In this document: positions 47,848 to 58,108 of the stretch, piece by piece | Layout of the letters: each line of letters starts with the position of its first letter | Position numbering within the stretch: position 1 is the first letter of the stretch | Source: Thiobacillus sp. | GTDB taxonomy: Bacteria > Pseudomonadota > Gammaproteobacteria > Burkholderiales > Thiobacillaceae | Direction of reading: 5' to 3' | DNA: 64,000 nucleotides | Assembly: GCA_044227225.1 (NCBI GenBank) | Contig: JBGAFM010000006.1 | Coordinates: forward strand, 73,991-137,990 | Notes under the pieces: generated by a model | Database searches by the model: none | Seen by the model: the letters and a program-made list of their open reading frames with translations, nothing else | What the model was told of the DNA's origin: nothing | Program-made: the position numbers and the translations under genes

Positions 47848-48398
47848 TGCGCCGTTTCCTGGCGGCGTGGCTGCCGGCGGCCCTGCTGGCGGCGTGCGCA
47901 TCCGTGCCGGCACCGCCACCCTTGCCGCCTGCCGGTCCGGTGTCCGCCTGGACGCTCGGCGGCCGCATCGGCATCCAGGCCGAGGCGCAAAGCCTGTCGG
48001 GCAATCTGCGCTGGCAACATCGACCCGATTTCGACGCGCTCCTGCTGACTTCACCGCTGGGGCAAGGCGTGGCGCGCATCGAACGTCGCCCCGGCGGCGT
48101 GACGCTCGAGATGCCAGGGGAAGCGCCGCGCGCAGCACCCGACGCCGAAACCCTGACCCACGATGCACTGGGCTACGCCTTGCCGGTCGCCGGCCTGGTC
48201 TGGTGGGTGCAGGCCCTGCCCGACCCCGCCCGGCCGTTCGAGGCCAGCCGTGACGCGTCGGGCCGTCTGGAACGCCTGAAGCAGGACGGCTGGACCATCG
48301 ATTATCTGCAGTACGTCGAGGCGCGTCCGCGCAAACTGACACTGCACCGCGACGGCCTGGAGATCCGCCTCGTCGCCGATGCGTGGCAAGCCGAATGA
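47847..48398 (+). CDS. lolB: outer-membrane lipoprotein LolB
   Basis: TGATG junction with the TPR gene. Lipobox LLAAC. GRIGIQAEAQSLSGNLRW. Confidence 0.8.
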   Translation: MRRFLAAWLPAALLAACASVPAPPPLPPAGPVSAWTLGGRIGIQAEAQSLSGNLRWQHRPDFDALLLTSPLGQGVARIERRPGGVTLEMPGEAPRAAPDAETLTHDALGYALPVAGLVWWVQALPDPARPFEASRDASGRLERLKQDGWTIDYLQYVEARPRKLTLHRDGLEIRLVADAWQAE

Positions 48399-49231
48399 GC
48401 CTGTCCTTTCCCGCACCCGCCAAGCTCAACCTGTTCCTGCACGTCGTCGGCCGTCGCGCGGACGGCTACCACCTGCTGCAGAGCGTGTTCAGGCTGATCG
48501 ACCGTGCCGATACCGTGCACATCGAACTGCGCGACGACGGCGTGATTGCCCGCCAGGGCGACGTGCCCGGCGTGCCGGAGGCGCAGGATCTCACTGTGCG
48601 GGCGGCGCGCCTGCTGCAAGCCCGTGCTCCGGATGGCGCAGGCGCGAACCTCCGGCTGGACAAGCTTGTGCCCATGGGCGGGGGGCTGGGCGGTGGCAGT
48701 TCGGACGCCGCCACCGTGCTGCTGGCGCTCAACCGCCTGTGGGGGGTGAACCTGCCGCGCGGCGCCTTGCAGGATCTGGCCTTGCAGTTGGGGGCCGACG
48801 TGCCGGTGTTCGTGTTCGGGCGCACGGCTTTCGCCGAGGGCGTGGGGGAAATTCTGCACCCGGTGGAGGCGCCGCCCGCCTGGCATGTGGTATTGACGCC
48901 GCCGGTGCACGTGCCGACGGCGGCGATTTTTGCTGCGCCGGAATTGACACGCGACACGCCGCCCCTCAAAATAGCGCCCTTTTCCGCAGGCATGGGTCAT
49001 AACGACCTTGAGCCGGTGGTCGTCAAGCGGTATCCCGAAGTGGCCCGTCATCTCGCATGGCTGGGGCAATTCGGCGAGGCGCGAATGACCGGTTCCGGCG
49101 CCTGCGTGTTCGCATCGTTCGACACGGAAGAGGCGGCGCGCGACGTGCTCCGTCGATTGCCCGGTACGATGCGAGGCTTTGTGGCGCAGGCCCTGGACAG
49201 GCATCCCCTGTACGATTTCTGCGCCGGGTAG
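48395..49231 (+). CDS. ispE: 4-diphosphocytidyl-2-C-methyl-D-erythritol kinase
   Basis: ATGA overlap with lolB. FPAPAKLNLFLHV..PMGGGLGGGSSDAA. Confidence 0.9.
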   Translation: MSLSFPAPAKLNLFLHVVGRRADGYHLLQSVFRLIDRADTVHIELRDDGVIARQGDVPGVPEAQDLTVRAARLLQARAPDGAGANLRLDKLVPMGGGLGGGSSDAATVLLALNRLWGVNLPRGALQDLALQLGADVPVFVFGRTAFAEGVGEILHPVEAPPAWHVVLTPPVHVPTAAIFAAPELTRDTPPLKIAPFSAGMGHNDLEPVVVKRYPEVARHLAWLGQFGEARMTGSGACVFASFDTEEAARDVLRRLPGTMRGFVAQALDRHPLYDFCAG

Positions 49232-49238
49232 TGCCCGT

Positions 49239-49313
49239 TGGGGAGTCGCCAAGTGGTAAGGCATCGGATTTTGATTCCGACATTCGTAGGTTCGATCCCT
49301 ACCTCCCCAGCCA
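49239..49313 (+). tRNA. tRNA-Gln (anticodon TTG)
   Basis: 75 nt. TGGGG..acceptor pairing with CCCCAGCCA. Anticodon loop tTTTGat. GGTTCGATCC T-arm. Confidence 0.9.
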
Positions 49314-49359
49314 AGTTTGAACGAGCAGCCGCCGGGAAGGCGGCGCCAAGAGAGAATGG

Positions 49360-49385
49360 ACAGCCGCCGGTGGCGGCTGTTTTTG
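49360..49385 (+). terminator. rho-independent terminator after tRNA-Gln
   Basis: acagccgcc-ggt-ggcggctgt followed by ttttg. Confidence 0.6.
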
Positions 49386-49416
49386 TTGTTGTCTCGCCCA
49401 ACCGCCGGAGACTCGC

Positions 49417-50367
49417 GTGTCCATAGACAATTTGATGGTGTTTACGGGGAATGCCAATCCCCGTCTGGCCAGCGATGTGGTGCGCCATCTCAACATCCAT
49501 CTGGGGCGCGCCACGGTGTCGCGCTTCTCGGACGGCGAGGTGATGGTCGAGATACTGGAAAACGTGCGCGGCAAGGACGTGTTCGTGCTGCAGTCGACCT
49601 GCCAGCCCACCAACGACACGCTGATGGAAGTGATGGTGATGGTCGATGCGCTGAAGCGCGCCTCCGCCGGTCGCATCACCGCCGCGATCCCGTATTACGG
49701 CTATGCGCGGCAGGACCGCCGCACCCGTTCGGCGCGGGTCGCGATCACGGCCAAGGTGGTCGCCAACATGCTGCAGGGCGCGGGTGTTGACCGCCTGCTG
49801 ACGATGGACCTGCATTCGGACCAGATCCAGGGTTTCTTCGACATCCCGGTCGACAACATCTATTCCAGCCCGATCCTGCTGGGCGACATCTGGAAGCGCA
49901 ACCATCCGAACCTGATGGTGGTGTCGCCGGACGTGGGCGGTGTGGTGCGGGCGCGGGCGATTGCCAAGCGCCTGGAATGCGACCTGGCGATCATCGACAA
50001 GCGGCGTCCCAAGCCCAACGTCGCCAAGGTGATGCACATCATCGGCGACGTGAAGGATCGTACCTGCATCATCATGGACGACATGGTCGATACCGCGAAC
50101 ACGCTGTGCGAGGCCGCCAATGCCCTGAAGGAGCATGGCGCCAAGAAAGTCATGGCCTATTGCACGCACGGCGTGCTTTCGGGCGCGGCGGCAGAACGCA
50201 TCGCCGGCTCGGCGATGGACGAACTGGTGGTGACCGACACCATCCCGCTGCGCGACGACGCGCGCGCGTGCAGCAAGATCCGGCAATTGTCGGTGGCAGA
50301 ACTGCTGGCGGAGACGATTCGCCGCATCAGCAATGAGGATTCCGTCAGTTCGCTGTTCATCGAATAG
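49417..50367 (+). CDS. prs: ribose-phosphate pyrophosphokinase
   Basis: GTG start. [32 protein letters not shown]. Confidence 0.93.
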   Translation: MSIDNLMVFTGNANPRLASDVVRHLNIHLGRATVSRFSDGEVMVEILENVRGKDVFVLQSTCQPTNDTLMEVMVMVDALKRASAGRITAAIPYYGYARQDRRTRSARVAITAKVVANMLQGAGVDRLLTMDLHSDQIQGFFDIPVDNIYSSPILLGDIWKRNHPNLMVVSPDVGGVVRARAIAKRLECDLAIIDKRRPKPNVAKVMHIIGDVKDRTCIIMDDMVDTANTLCEAANALKEHGAKKVMAYCTHGVLSGAAAERIAGSAMDELVVTDTIPLRDDARACSKIRQLSVAELLAETIRRISNEDSVSSLFIE

Positions 50368-50381
50368 CGAACCGGTTGAAT

Positions 50382-50404
50382 GCCCCTGGTCGCGGGGGCT
50401 TTTG
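50382..50404 (+). terminator. rho-independent terminator after prs
   Basis: gcccctg-gtcg-cgggggc followed by ttttg. Confidence 0.65.
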
Positions 50405-50461
50405 TCGTGCGTTGACCCATTCCGGCAACGCACTGTTGAAGTAACCATTTGGAGAAATTTC

Positions 50462-51073
50462 ATGGAAATCGAAGTCATTGCTTTCAAGCGTGATGCGCAG
50501 GGATCGAGTGCGAGCCGCCGCCTGCGCCATGCCGGCAAGGTCCCGGGCATCGTTTATGGCGGAGCCGCCGCCCCGATGCAGATCGAGCTGGATCACAACG
50601 CGCTCTACCATGCCCTGCGCAAGGAGGCCTTCCACTCGTCCGTGCTGACGCTCACCGTCGACGGGCACAAGGAATCGGTCCTGTTGCGCGATACCCAGTG
50701 GCATCCGTACAAGCAGCAGGTGCTGCACGTCGATTTCCAGCGCGTCGACAAGGATCACAAGATCCACGTCAAGGTGCCGCTGCATTTCCTCAACGCCGAC
50801 GTGGCGCCCGGCGTCAAGACCGGCGGCGGCAAGCCCCACCACATCGTGACGGAACTCGATGTGCAGTGCCTGCCCGGCAGCCTGCCCGAATTCATCGCGG
50901 TGGACATGGGCAAGCTGGAAGTGGGTCATTCCATCCACGCCAACGACCTCGTGCTGCCCGCCGGCGTCGAGCTGGTGCCGCACATCAAGGCCGAAAACCC
51001 GGCGGTCGCGTCGATCAATGCGCCCAAGGGCGGTGCGGCTGAAGAAACGCCGGCTGCCACACCGGCTGCCTGA
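50462..51073 (+). CDS. rplY: 50S ribosomal protein L25 / general stress protein Ctc
   Basis: GGAG before [19 protein letters not shown]..; long Ctc-type C-terminal domain. Confidence 0.9.
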   Translation: MEIEVIAFKRDAQGSSASRRLRHAGKVPGIVYGGAAAPMQIELDHNALYHALRKEAFHSSVLTLTVDGHKESVLLRDTQWHPYKQQVLHVDFQRVDKDHKIHVKVPLHFLNADVAPGVKTGGGKPHHIVTELDVQCLPGSLPEFIAVDMGKLEVGHSIHANDLVLPAGVELVPHIKAENPAVASINAPKGGAAEETPAATPAA

Positions 51074-51120
51074 AGCGGCTGCGCGCCGGCCTTGGGGCTG
51101 GCGCGCGTGTCGCGTGCGGC

Positions 51121-51729
51121 ATGACTGCGCCTGCGCCTCGCCTCATCGTCGGTCTCGGCAATCCGGGGCGCGACTACGAAGAAACCCGGCATAACGCCGG
51201 GTTTTGGTTTTGCGCGCGCCTGGCGCAGGACTCGCGCATCCCCCTGAGTCCCGAGTCGCGCTTTCACGGCATCGTTGGTCGCCACGGCCCGCTCTGGATG
51301 CTCTTGCCGCAGACCTACATGAACCGTTCGGGGCAGGCTGTGGGTGCGCTGGCGCGCTTTCACCGCATCGCGCCGAACGAAATCCTCGTCGTGCACGATG
51401 AACTCGATATTCCGCCCGGACAGCTGCGGCTCAAGTTCGGGGGCGGCATGGGCGGCCACAACGGCCTCAAGGACATCACCGCCCACCTTGGCACGCAGGA
51501 TTACTGGCGGTTGCGCATCGGTATTGGTCATCCGGGCGACCGTAACGAGGTCGCGAATTTCGTGCTCAAACCCCCGCGCCGAGAAGAACAGTCCGAGATC
51601 GACGCGGCCATCGTGCGTGCGTTGCAGCTCTGGCCGTTGATCGAGAAGGGCGACTGGAACGCGGCGACGCAACGCGCCAATACCTCCCCTCGGCCCGCTC
51701 CGGCCAAACCCACACAGGAAACCCCATGA
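51121..51729 (+). CDS. pth: peptidyl-tRNA hydrolase
   Basis: [34 protein letters not shown]. Confidence 0.9.
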   Translation: MTAPAPRLIVGLGNPGRDYEETRHNAGFWFCARLAQDSRIPLSPESRFHGIVGRHGPLWMLLPQTYMNRSGQAVGALARFHRIAPNEILVVHDELDIPPGQLRLKFGGGMGGHNGLKDITAHLGTQDYWRLRIGIGHPGDRNEVANFVLKPPRREEQSEIDAAIVRALQLWPLIEKGDWNAATQRANTSPRPAPAKPTQETP

Positions 51730-52817
51730 GTCTCAAATGCGGCATCGTCGGATTGCCCAACGTTGGCAAGTCCACGCTTTTCAACGCGCTGACCCAGGCG
51801 GGCATCGCGGCGGAGAACTATCCCTTCTGCACCATCGAACCCAATACCGGCGTGGTCGAGGTGCCCGATCCGCGCCTCGCGCAACTGGCGGACATCATCC
51901 AGCCGCAGAAAGTCGTGCCGGCCATCGTCGAGTTCGTCGACATCGCCGGCCTCGTCGCGGGCGCGTCCAAGGGTGAGGGACTGGGTAACCAGTTTCTGGC
52001 CAACATCCGCGAAACGGACGCGATCTGTCATGTCGTGCGCTGCTTCCACAACGAAAACGTCATCCACGTTGCGGGCAAGGTCGACCCGCTCTCGGATATC
52101 GAGACCATCGCGACCGAATTGGCGCTCGCGGACCTCGCAAGTGCCGAAAAGGCGCTCGCACGTTACGAAAAGCCAGCCCGTGCTGGCGACAAGGAGGCGC
52201 AGAAGATGGTCGCCGCGCTGAAACCCGTGGTCGATACCCTCAATCAGGGGCGGCCTGCACGCGCGGCCGGTCTCGACAAGGACGGGCTGGCGGCCATCAA
52301 GCCGCTGTGCCTGATGACCCTGAAGCCGACCCTGTATGTGGCCAATGTCAGCGAAGACGGCTTCCACGACAACCCCATGCTCGATGCGCTGAAAGACCAC
52401 GCGTCGGGGGAGGGGGCGCCGGTCGTGCCGGTGTGCGCGGCACTGGAAGCCGAGTTACAGGAGCTGTCGCAGGAAGACCGGGTGGAATACCTCAGGGAGC
52501 TGGGGTGGGATGAGCCGGGCCTCAACCGCCTCATCCGGGCCGCGTACGATCTGCTGGGGCTGCAGACCTATTTCACCGCCGGGGTGAAGGAAGTGCGTGC
52601 CTGGACCATCCACAAGGGCGATACCGCGCCGCAGGCTGCCGGCGTCATCCATACCGACTTCGAACGGGGCTTCATTCGTGCCCAGACGATCGCTTTCGAG
52701 GATTTCGTTGCCTGCAGGGGCGAGGCGGGCGCCAAGGAAGCCGGCAAGATGCGCGCCGAAGGCAAGGAATACGTCGTGCGCGACGGCGACGTCATGAATT
52801 TCCTCTTCAATGTGTAA
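51726..52817 (+). CDS. ychF: redox-regulated ribosome-binding ATPase YchF
   Basis: ATGA overlap with pth. [17 protein letters not shown]..; C-terminal TGS-like region. Confidence 0.93.
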   Translation: MSLKCGIVGLPNVGKSTLFNALTQAGIAAENYPFCTIEPNTGVVEVPDPRLAQLADIIQPQKVVPAIVEFVDIAGLVAGASKGEGLGNQFLANIRETDAICHVVRCFHNENVIHVAGKVDPLSDIETIATELALADLASAEKALARYEKPARAGDKEAQKMVAALKPVVDTLNQGRPARAAGLDKDGLAAIKPLCLMTLKPTLYVANVSEDGFHDNPMLDALKDHASGEGAPVVPVCAALEAELQELSQEDRVEYLRELGWDEPGLNRLIRAAYDLLGLQTYFTAGVKEVRAWTIHKGDTAPQAAGVIHTDFERGFIRAQTIAFEDFVACRGEAGAKEAGKMRAEGKEYVVRDGDVMNFLFNV

Positions 52818-52870
52818 GGCGGTGTTTGACAGGCTTTCCACTAGCCCCCTATAATCTCGCGCTTCGTTTG

Positions 52871-52955
52871 GGTGGGGTTCCCGAGCGGTCAAAGGGATCA
52901 GACTGTAAATCTGACGGCTCTGCCTTCGAAGGTTCGAATCCTTCCCCCACCACCA
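52871..52955 (+). tRNA. tRNA-Tyr (anticodon GTA), long variable arm
   Basis: 85 nt. Anticodon loop cTGTAaa. GGTTCGAATCC. Ends CACCA. Confidence 0.9.
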
Positions 52956-53038
52956 GATTTTTGCAGTTCGAGCAGGGCGAAGCGGGTGGAGCGTGGTTGT
53001 TGACGCTTTAGCGGCTTTACTACCACGGCCCACTCCTT

Positions 53039-53112
53039 GCGGGTGTAGCTCAATGGTAGAGCTGAAGCCTTCCAAGCTTAAGACGAGGGTTCGATTCCCT
53101 TCACCCGCTCCA
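53039..53112 (+). tRNA. tRNA-Gly (anticodon TCC)
   Basis: 74 nt. GCGGGTG..CACCCGCTCCA acceptor. Anticodon loop cTTCCaa. Confidence 0.9.
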
Positions 53113-53147
53113 GTTTTTTGTATGGGCTAGGCGTTGTTGGTCCATAG

Positions 53148-53222
53148 GCCCATGTAGCTCAGTGGCAGAGCACTCCCTTGGTAAGGGAGAGGTCGGCAGT
53201 TCAATCCTGCCCATGGGCACCA
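53148..53222 (+). tRNA. tRNA-Thr (anticodon GGT)
   Basis: 75 nt. GCCCATG..CATGGGCACCA acceptor. Anticodon loop tTGGTaa. Confidence 0.9.
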
Positions 53223-53322
53223 GGTTAGGGTGTCGCCGGCTGGCGGCATCTTGTTTTGATGGTTGATTGGCGCTTGTCGAAGTCGACGCACCTTTTACTT
53301 GAATCGAATCGAGGGGTAGAAA

Positions 53323-54513
53323 ATGGCTAAGGAAAAGTTCGAGCGGACCAAACCGCACGTAAACGTAGGGACCATTGGTCACGTTGACCACGGCAAGACC
53401 ACCTTGACCGCTGCGATCACCACCATTCTGGCGAAGAAATTTGGCGGTGCGGCCAAGAAGTACGACGAGATTGACAGCTCGCCGGAAGAGAAGGCGCGCG
53501 GCATCACCATCAACACCGCACACGTCGAGTACGAGACTGCCAGCCGTCACTATGCCCACGTCGACTGCCCCGGCCACGCTGACTACGTCAAGAACATGAT
53601 CACCGGTGCTGCCCAGATGGACGGCGCCATTCTGGTTGTGTCCGCTGCCGACGGCCCCATGCCGCAGACCCGCGAGCACATCCTGCTTGCCCGTCAGGTT
53701 GGCGTCCCCTACATCATCGTCTACATGAACAAGGCCGACATGGTCGACGACGCCGAACTGCTCGAGCTCGTCGAAATGGAAATCCGTGAGCTCCTGTCCA
53801 AGTACGACTTCCCGGGCGACGACACCCCCATCATCATTGGTTCCGCCCTGAAGGCCCTCGAGGGTGACCAGAGCGACATTGGCGAGCCCAGCATCTTCAA
53901 GCTGGCCGACGCGCTTGACAGCTACATTCCCGAGCCCGAGCGTGCCATCGACAGGCCCTTCCTGATGCCCGTCGAAGACGTCTTCTCGATTTCCGGTCGT
54001 GGCACCGTCGTGACCGGTCGTGTCGAGCGCGGCGTCATCAAGGTTGGCGAAGAAATCGAAATCGTCGGCATCACGCCCACCCTGAAGACCACCTGCACCG
54101 GCGTCGAGATGTTCCGCAAGCTGCTGGACCAGGGGCAGGCGGGCGACAACGTTGGCGTTCTGCTGCGCGGCACCAAGCGCGAAGAAGTCCAGCGCGGCCA
54201 GGTGCTGGCCAAGCCGGGCAGCATCAAGCCGCACACCAAGTTCTCGGCCGAGATCTATGTTCTGTCGAAGGACGAAGGTGGTCGTCACACCCCGTTCTTC
54301 AACGGCTACCGTCCGCAGTTCTATTTCCGCACGACCGACGTCACGGGCGCGATTGAGTTGCCGGCGGGCACCGAGATGGTGATGCCTGGCGACAACGTGA
54401 GCATCAAGGTTGCGCTGATTGCGCCGATCGCGATGGACGAAGGCCTGCGTTTCGCGATCCGCGAAGGCGGCCGTACCGTCGGCGCCGGCGTCGTGGCCAA
54501 GATCGAAGAGTAA
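53323..54513 (+). CDS. tuf: elongation factor Tu
   Basis: [37 protein letters not shown]. 396 aa. Confidence 0.97.
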   Translation: MAKEKFERTKPHVNVGTIGHVDHGKTTLTAAITTILAKKFGGAAKKYDEIDSSPEEKARGITINTAHVEYETASRHYAHVDCPGHADYVKNMITGAAQMDGAILVVSAADGPMPQTREHILLARQVGVPYIIVYMNKADMVDDAELLELVEMEIRELLSKYDFPGDDTPIIIGSALKALEGDQSDIGEPSIFKLADALDSYIPEPERAIDRPFLMPVEDVFSISGRGTVVTGRVERGVIKVGEEIEIVGITPTLKTTCTGVEMFRKLLDQGQAGDNVGVLLRGTKREEVQRGQVLAKPGSIKPHTKFSAEIYVLSKDEGGRHTPFFNGYRPQFYFRTTDVTGAIELPAGTEMVMPGDNVSIKVALIAPIAMDEGLRFAIREGGRTVGAGVVAKIEE

Positions 54514-54526
54514 GGCTGTAGTCGAA

Positions 54527-54546
54527 AGGCGGGCGGTTGCCCGCCT
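54527..54546 (+). terminator. hairpin after tuf (weak terminator or processing element, no U-tract)
   Basis: aggcgggc-ggtt-gcccgcct, 8-bp stem. Confidence 0.35.
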
Positions 54547-54556
54547 GTAGCAATAC

Positions 54557-54632
54557 AGGCCAATAGCTCAATTGGTAGAGCGTCGGTCTCCAAAACCGAA
54601 GGTTGGGGGTTCGAGACCCTCTTGGCCTGCCA
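54557..54632 (+). tRNA. tRNA-Trp (anticodon CCA)
   Basis: 76 nt. AGGCCAA..TTGGCCTGCCA acceptor. Anticodon loop cTCCAaa. Confidence 0.9.
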
Positions 54633-54662
54633 CAGGATAAGCGCGTAGCGCGCACAGCATTC

Positions 54663-55010
54663 ATGGCTGACAAAATCAAGCTGCTGGTTGCAGTGCTGCT
54701 GGTCATCGCAGGGGTGGCCGGCTTTTATTTTTTTGCGGACGCGCCGGTCGTGGTGCGCGTTCTGTCCGTGATTGGCGGGCTGGTTCTGGGCGGGGTGGTG
54801 GCGGGGCTGTCTGCGCCGGGCAAGCGTTTCTATGCGTTTGCCCTGGAGTCGCGCGACGAGGCCAAGAAGGTCGTCTGGCCCACCCGCAAGGAAACCCTGC
54901 AGATGACGGGGGTGGTTGTCGCCTTCGTCGTGGTGATGGCGCTGTTTCTGTGGGCGGTTGACGGCATTTTGTTGTGGCTGGTGAAGCTGGCCATGGGACG
55001 GGGGAGTTGA
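54663..55010 (+). CDS. secE: preprotein translocase subunit SecE
   Basis: Three hydrophobic helices. [17 protein letters not shown] motif. Position tRNA-Trp-secE-nusG. Confidence 0.88.
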   Translation: MADKIKLLVAVLLVIAGVAGFYFFADAPVVVRVLSVIGGLVLGGVVAGLSAPGKRFYAFALESRDEAKKVVWPTRKETLQMTGVVVAFVVVMALFLWAVDGILLWLVKLAMGRGS

Positions 55011-55012
55011 GT

Positions 55013-55540
55013 ATGCGGTGGTACGTGGTTCATGCCTACTCCGGCTTCGAGAAAAGCGTGGCGCGCAACCTGGCCGAGCGCATCGAGCGCGCCGGCATGA
55101 AGGATCGCTTCGGCGAGATCCTGGTGCCGGTGGAAGAAGTGGTCGAGATGAAGGCGGGGCAGAAAAAGACCGCCGAGCGCAAGTTCTTTCCCGGCTACGT
55201 GCTGGTCCAGATGGAGATGGACGACGACACCTGGCACCTGGTGAAGAGCACGCCCAAGGTCACCGGTTTTGTGGGTGGAACGGCGACCAAGCCGGCGCCG
55301 ATCAGCGAAAAGGAAGTGCAGGCCATCCTCGACCAGATGCGCGAAGGCGTGGAAAAGCCCAAACCCAAGGTGCTGTTCGAGGTGGGCGAGGTGGTCCGCG
55401 TCATCGACGGCCCCTTCACCGATTTCAATGGTGCGGTGGAAGAAGTGAATTACGACAAGAGCAAGTTGCGCGTGTCGGTCATGATTTTCGGGCGAGCAAC
55501 GCCCGTCGAGCTGGGCTTCGGCCAGGTCGAGAAGAGCTGA
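55013..55540 (+). CDS. nusG: transcription termination/antitermination factor NusG
   Basis: [24 protein letters not shown]..; C-terminal KOW ([16 protein letters not shown]). Confidence 0.93.
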   Translation: MRWYVVHAYSGFEKSVARNLAERIERAGMKDRFGEILVPVEEVVEMKAGQKKTAERKFFPGYVLVQMEMDDDTWHLVKSTPKVTGFVGGTATKPAPISEKEVQAILDQMREGVEKPKPKVLFEVGEVVRVIDGPFTDFNGAVEEVNYDKSKLRVSVMIFGRATPVELGFGQVEKS

Positions 55541-55639
55541 ATTCCGCTACGGCGGAGCAGCGTTGAAGATCCGGGCGACCGGAGAGGAGCGCAAGTAGGG
55601 CAACCGAACGCGCGTTGGTACTCACGTTAAGGAGCCATC

Positions 55640-56071
55640 ATGGCAAAGAAGATTGTCGGCTACATCAAGCTGCAAGTGCCGGCGGGTAAAGCCAACCCGT
55701 CGCCCCCCATCGGTCCCGCGCTCGGTCAGCGCGGCCTGAACATCATGGAATTCTGCAAGGCCTTCAACGCCAAGACCCAGGGCATGGAGCCCGGTCTGCC
55801 GATTCCGGTCGTGATCACCGCCTTCGCGGACAAGAGCTTCACCTTCATCATGAAGACGCCGCCCGCAACGGTGCTCATCAAGAAGGCGATCAAGCTCGAC
55901 AAGGGGAGTGCGAAGCCGCATCTCGACAAGGTCGGCACGATCACCCGCGCACAACTGGAAGAAATCGCCAAGACCAAGGAACCCGACCTGACCGCTGCGA
56001 ACATGGATGCCGCCGTGCGCACCATCGCCGGTACCGCGCGTTCCATGGGCATCATCGTGGAGGGTGTCTGA
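55640..56071 (+). CDS. rplK: 50S ribosomal protein L11
   Basis: [43 protein letters not shown]. 143 aa. Confidence 0.96.
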   Translation: MAKKIVGYIKLQVPAGKANPSPPIGPALGQRGLNIMEFCKAFNAKTQGMEPGLPIPVVITAFADKSFTFIMKTPPATVLIKKAIKLDKGSAKPHLDKVGTITRAQLEEIAKTKEPDLTAANMDAAVRTIAGTARSMGIIVEGV

Positions 56072-56072
56072 G

Positions 56073-56768
56073 ATGGCCAACGTATCCAAGCGCATGCGCG
56101 CAATCAAGGAAAAGATCGACCGCAGCCGCAACTATCCGGTAGTTGACGCCCTGCAGCTGGTGAAGGAAACCGCGACCGCCAAGTTCGACGAGTCGGTCGA
56201 CGTCGCCGTCAACCTCGGCGTCGATGCACGCAAATCGGACCAGATGGTGCGCGGTGCCGTGGTGCTGCCCAAGGGCATCGGCAAGACTGTCCGTGTCGCC
56301 GTGTTCGCGCAGGGCGACAACGCCCAGAAGGCGAAGGACGCCGGCGCCGACATCGTCGGTTTCGACGATCTGGCCGCCGAGATCAAGGGCGGTCGCATGG
56401 ATTTCGACGTGGTCATCGCCACGCCGGACGCGATGCGCGTCGTCGGCCAGCTTGGCCAGGTGCTCGGTCCGCGCGGCCTGATGCCGAACCCCAAGGTCGG
56501 CACCGTATCGCCCGACGTCGTGGGTGCGGTGAAGAACGCCAAGGCCGGCCAGGTGCAGTACCGCACCGACAAGGGCGGCATTGTGCATTGCACCATCGGT
56601 CGCGCCTCGTTCAGCGTGGATGACCTGAAGGAAAACCTGGCAGCCCTGCTGGATGCGCTGCAGCGCGCCAAGCCTGCCAACTCCAAGGGCATCTACTTCA
56701 AGCGCCTGTCGGTGTCTTCCACCATGGGCGTGGGCGTGCGGGTCGATCAGGCCAGCGTCAACGCGTGA
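56073..56768 (+). CDS. rplA: 50S ribosomal protein L1
   Basis: [58 protein letters not shown]. Confidence 0.95.
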   Translation: MANVSKRMRAIKEKIDRSRNYPVVDALQLVKETATAKFDESVDVAVNLGVDARKSDQMVRGAVVLPKGIGKTVRVAVFAQGDNAQKAKDAGADIVGFDDLAAEIKGGRMDFDVVIATPDAMRVVGQLGQVLGPRGLMPNPKVGTVSPDVVGAVKNAKAGQVQYRTDKGGIVHCTIGRASFSVDDLKENLAALLDALQRAKPANSKGIYFKRLSVSSTMGVGVRVDQASVNA

Positions 56769-57022
56769 TTGTGAATCCGGCCCGCCGCGCGCGGGCCGGA
56801 AGTAAGAACTTTGGGCCGCTGCATCGCGATTCCGGATGCGGCGGGTTGTCAAAGACCGTAGGCACTCGCAGGGGTTTAATTCCGGCGAACGGGAAATGGG
56901 TGATTCGTCCTCTGTTTCCCGTCAGCTGGCACCTACGCAGATGGCGTTCCCGAGCAGGATTTTCCTGTCAAGGTCGCCAGCCGGGGCGGGCAACGCCCCG
57001 TAACTGAGAAGGAGGTAAGACC
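56769..57022 (+). promoter_or_regulatory. rplJL leader region (expected site of the L10(L12)4 autoregulatory leader and the rplJ promoter)
   Basis: 254-nt untranslated gap between rplA and the rplJ SD (AAGGAGG at 57009-57015). Assigned by position only; I did not fold the structure. Confidence 0.4.
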
Positions 57023-57483
57023 TTGAGTCTGAATCTTGAAGAGAAGAAAGCCGTCGTTGCCGAGGTGTCCACATGACCAAGCTGCGCGCGAAAGCCCGCA
57101 AGGAGGGCGTCTATCTGCGCGTGTTGAAAAACACGCTGGTGCGTCGCGCGATCGCGGACACGCCGTTTGCGGGCATCGCCGACCAGTTGGTCGGCCCGCT
57201 CGCCTATGGCATTTCCAGGGATCCCGTGGCCGCTGCCAAGGTGATGCACGAGTTCGCCAAGGGCAACGAGAAGTTCGTCGTCAAGGCCGGTGCCATGCCC
57301 AACTTCGTCATGTCCGCCAAGGACGTGGGGAATCTGGCCAGCATGCCCAGCCGTGAGGAACTGCTCGCCAAGCTCCTGGGCACCATGCAGGCGCCGGTCG
57401 CGCAATTTGTTCGCACCCTCAACGAGGTGCCGACCAAGTTCGTGCGCGGCCTGGCTGCGGTGCGCGACAAGCAGGCTGCGTAA
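57023..57483 (+). pseudogene. rplJ: 50S ribosomal protein L10 gene, interrupted: a 17-codon N-terminal stub (57023-57076) and a 136-codon remainder (57073-57483) in a different frame
   Basis: TTG 57023 after AAGGAGG gives [20 protein letters not shown] 57073 (ATGA junction) gives [26 protein letters not shown].... The ~21 residues that normally join these two blocks in L10 are absent. Confidence 0.7.
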
Positions 57484-57571
57484 ACCCGCACTACGGGCGC
57501 GCGGTCTGCCGACAACCGAATCGACGATATTGTTTTTTTAATCTGAAGCACATTTGACAGGAGTAACAAAC

Positions 57572-57895
57572 ATGGCTGTTGCAAAAGCTGACATTCTGGA
57601 CGCCATCGCCAACATGACCGTCCTCGAGCTGTCCGAGCCTGCCCCGGCTGCCGGTGGCGGTGCCGCTGCCGCTGCCGAAGAGCAGACCGAGTTCACCGTC
57701 GTTCTGGCTGCCGCTGGCGAGAAGAAAGTGGAAGTCATCAAGGTCGTGCGTGCGGCGACCGGCCTGGGTCTGAAGGAAGCCAAGGACCTGGTCGACGGCG
57801 CACCGAAGCCCGTGAAGGAAGGCGTGTCCAAGGCCGACGCCGAGGCCCTGAAGAAGCAGCTGGAAGAAGCGGGCGCCAAGGTCGAAGTCAAGTAA
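57572..57895 (+). CDS. rplL: 50S ribosomal protein L7/L12, abnormally short (107 aa), lacking the conserved N-terminal-domain helix
   Basis: AGGAG before ATG 57572. [22 protein letters not shown]|[32 protein letters not shown]..: the C-terminal domain is intact but the EEKFGVSAAA block is missing. Confidence 0.85.
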   Translation: MAVAKADILDAIANMTVLELSEPAPAAGGGAAAAAEEQTEFTVVLAAAGEKKVEVIKVVRAATGLGLKEAKDLVDGAPKPVKEGVSKADAEALKKQLEEAGAKVEVK

Positions 57896-58008
57896 GTCAT
57901 CGGCATGCAGGGCGGCGCACGTGTGTGCCGCCCGTTTCCGGAGACAGATTGAGTTCGATTGCCCGCCGCGGGGAAACCCGCGGCACACGCAAGCAGCACA
58001 TACCCGGA

Positions 58009-58041
58009 ACCCGGAATCGGCTTCCGGGTCGTTTGCTTTTT
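58009..58041 (+). terminator. terminator-like attenuator hairpin in the rplL-rpoB intergenic region
   Basis: acccggaa-tcggc-ttccgggt followed by cgtttgcttttt. A second GC-rich hairpin lies at ~57909-57937 (gggcggcgcac..gtgccgccc gttt). Confidence 0.55.
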
Positions 58042-58108
58042 GCGTGTGCCCTACATCGCCAGGCCGTTACCCACGTGTCCGTTGGCACCTGATCGTCAAG
58101 GAGATCCC

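Noticed and set aside
49239-49416. tRNA-Gln as a possible genomic-island attachment site
   Set aside because: No integrase, no direct repeat of the tRNA 3' end, and the flanking ispE and prs genes are the conserved neighbours. The downstream hairpin is an ordinary terminator.
52826-53011. 61-aa ORF spanning the tRNA-Tyr/tRNA-Gly region
   Set aside because: It is the translation of tRNA-Tyr and the spacer. tRNA structure explains the sequence.
57073-57076. Programmed ribosomal frameshifting as the explanation for the rplJ frame change
   Set aside because: A frameshift would restore the frame but not the ~21 missing conserved residues. There is no slippery heptamer at the junction. Loss of sequence (real or an assembly artefact) explains it better.
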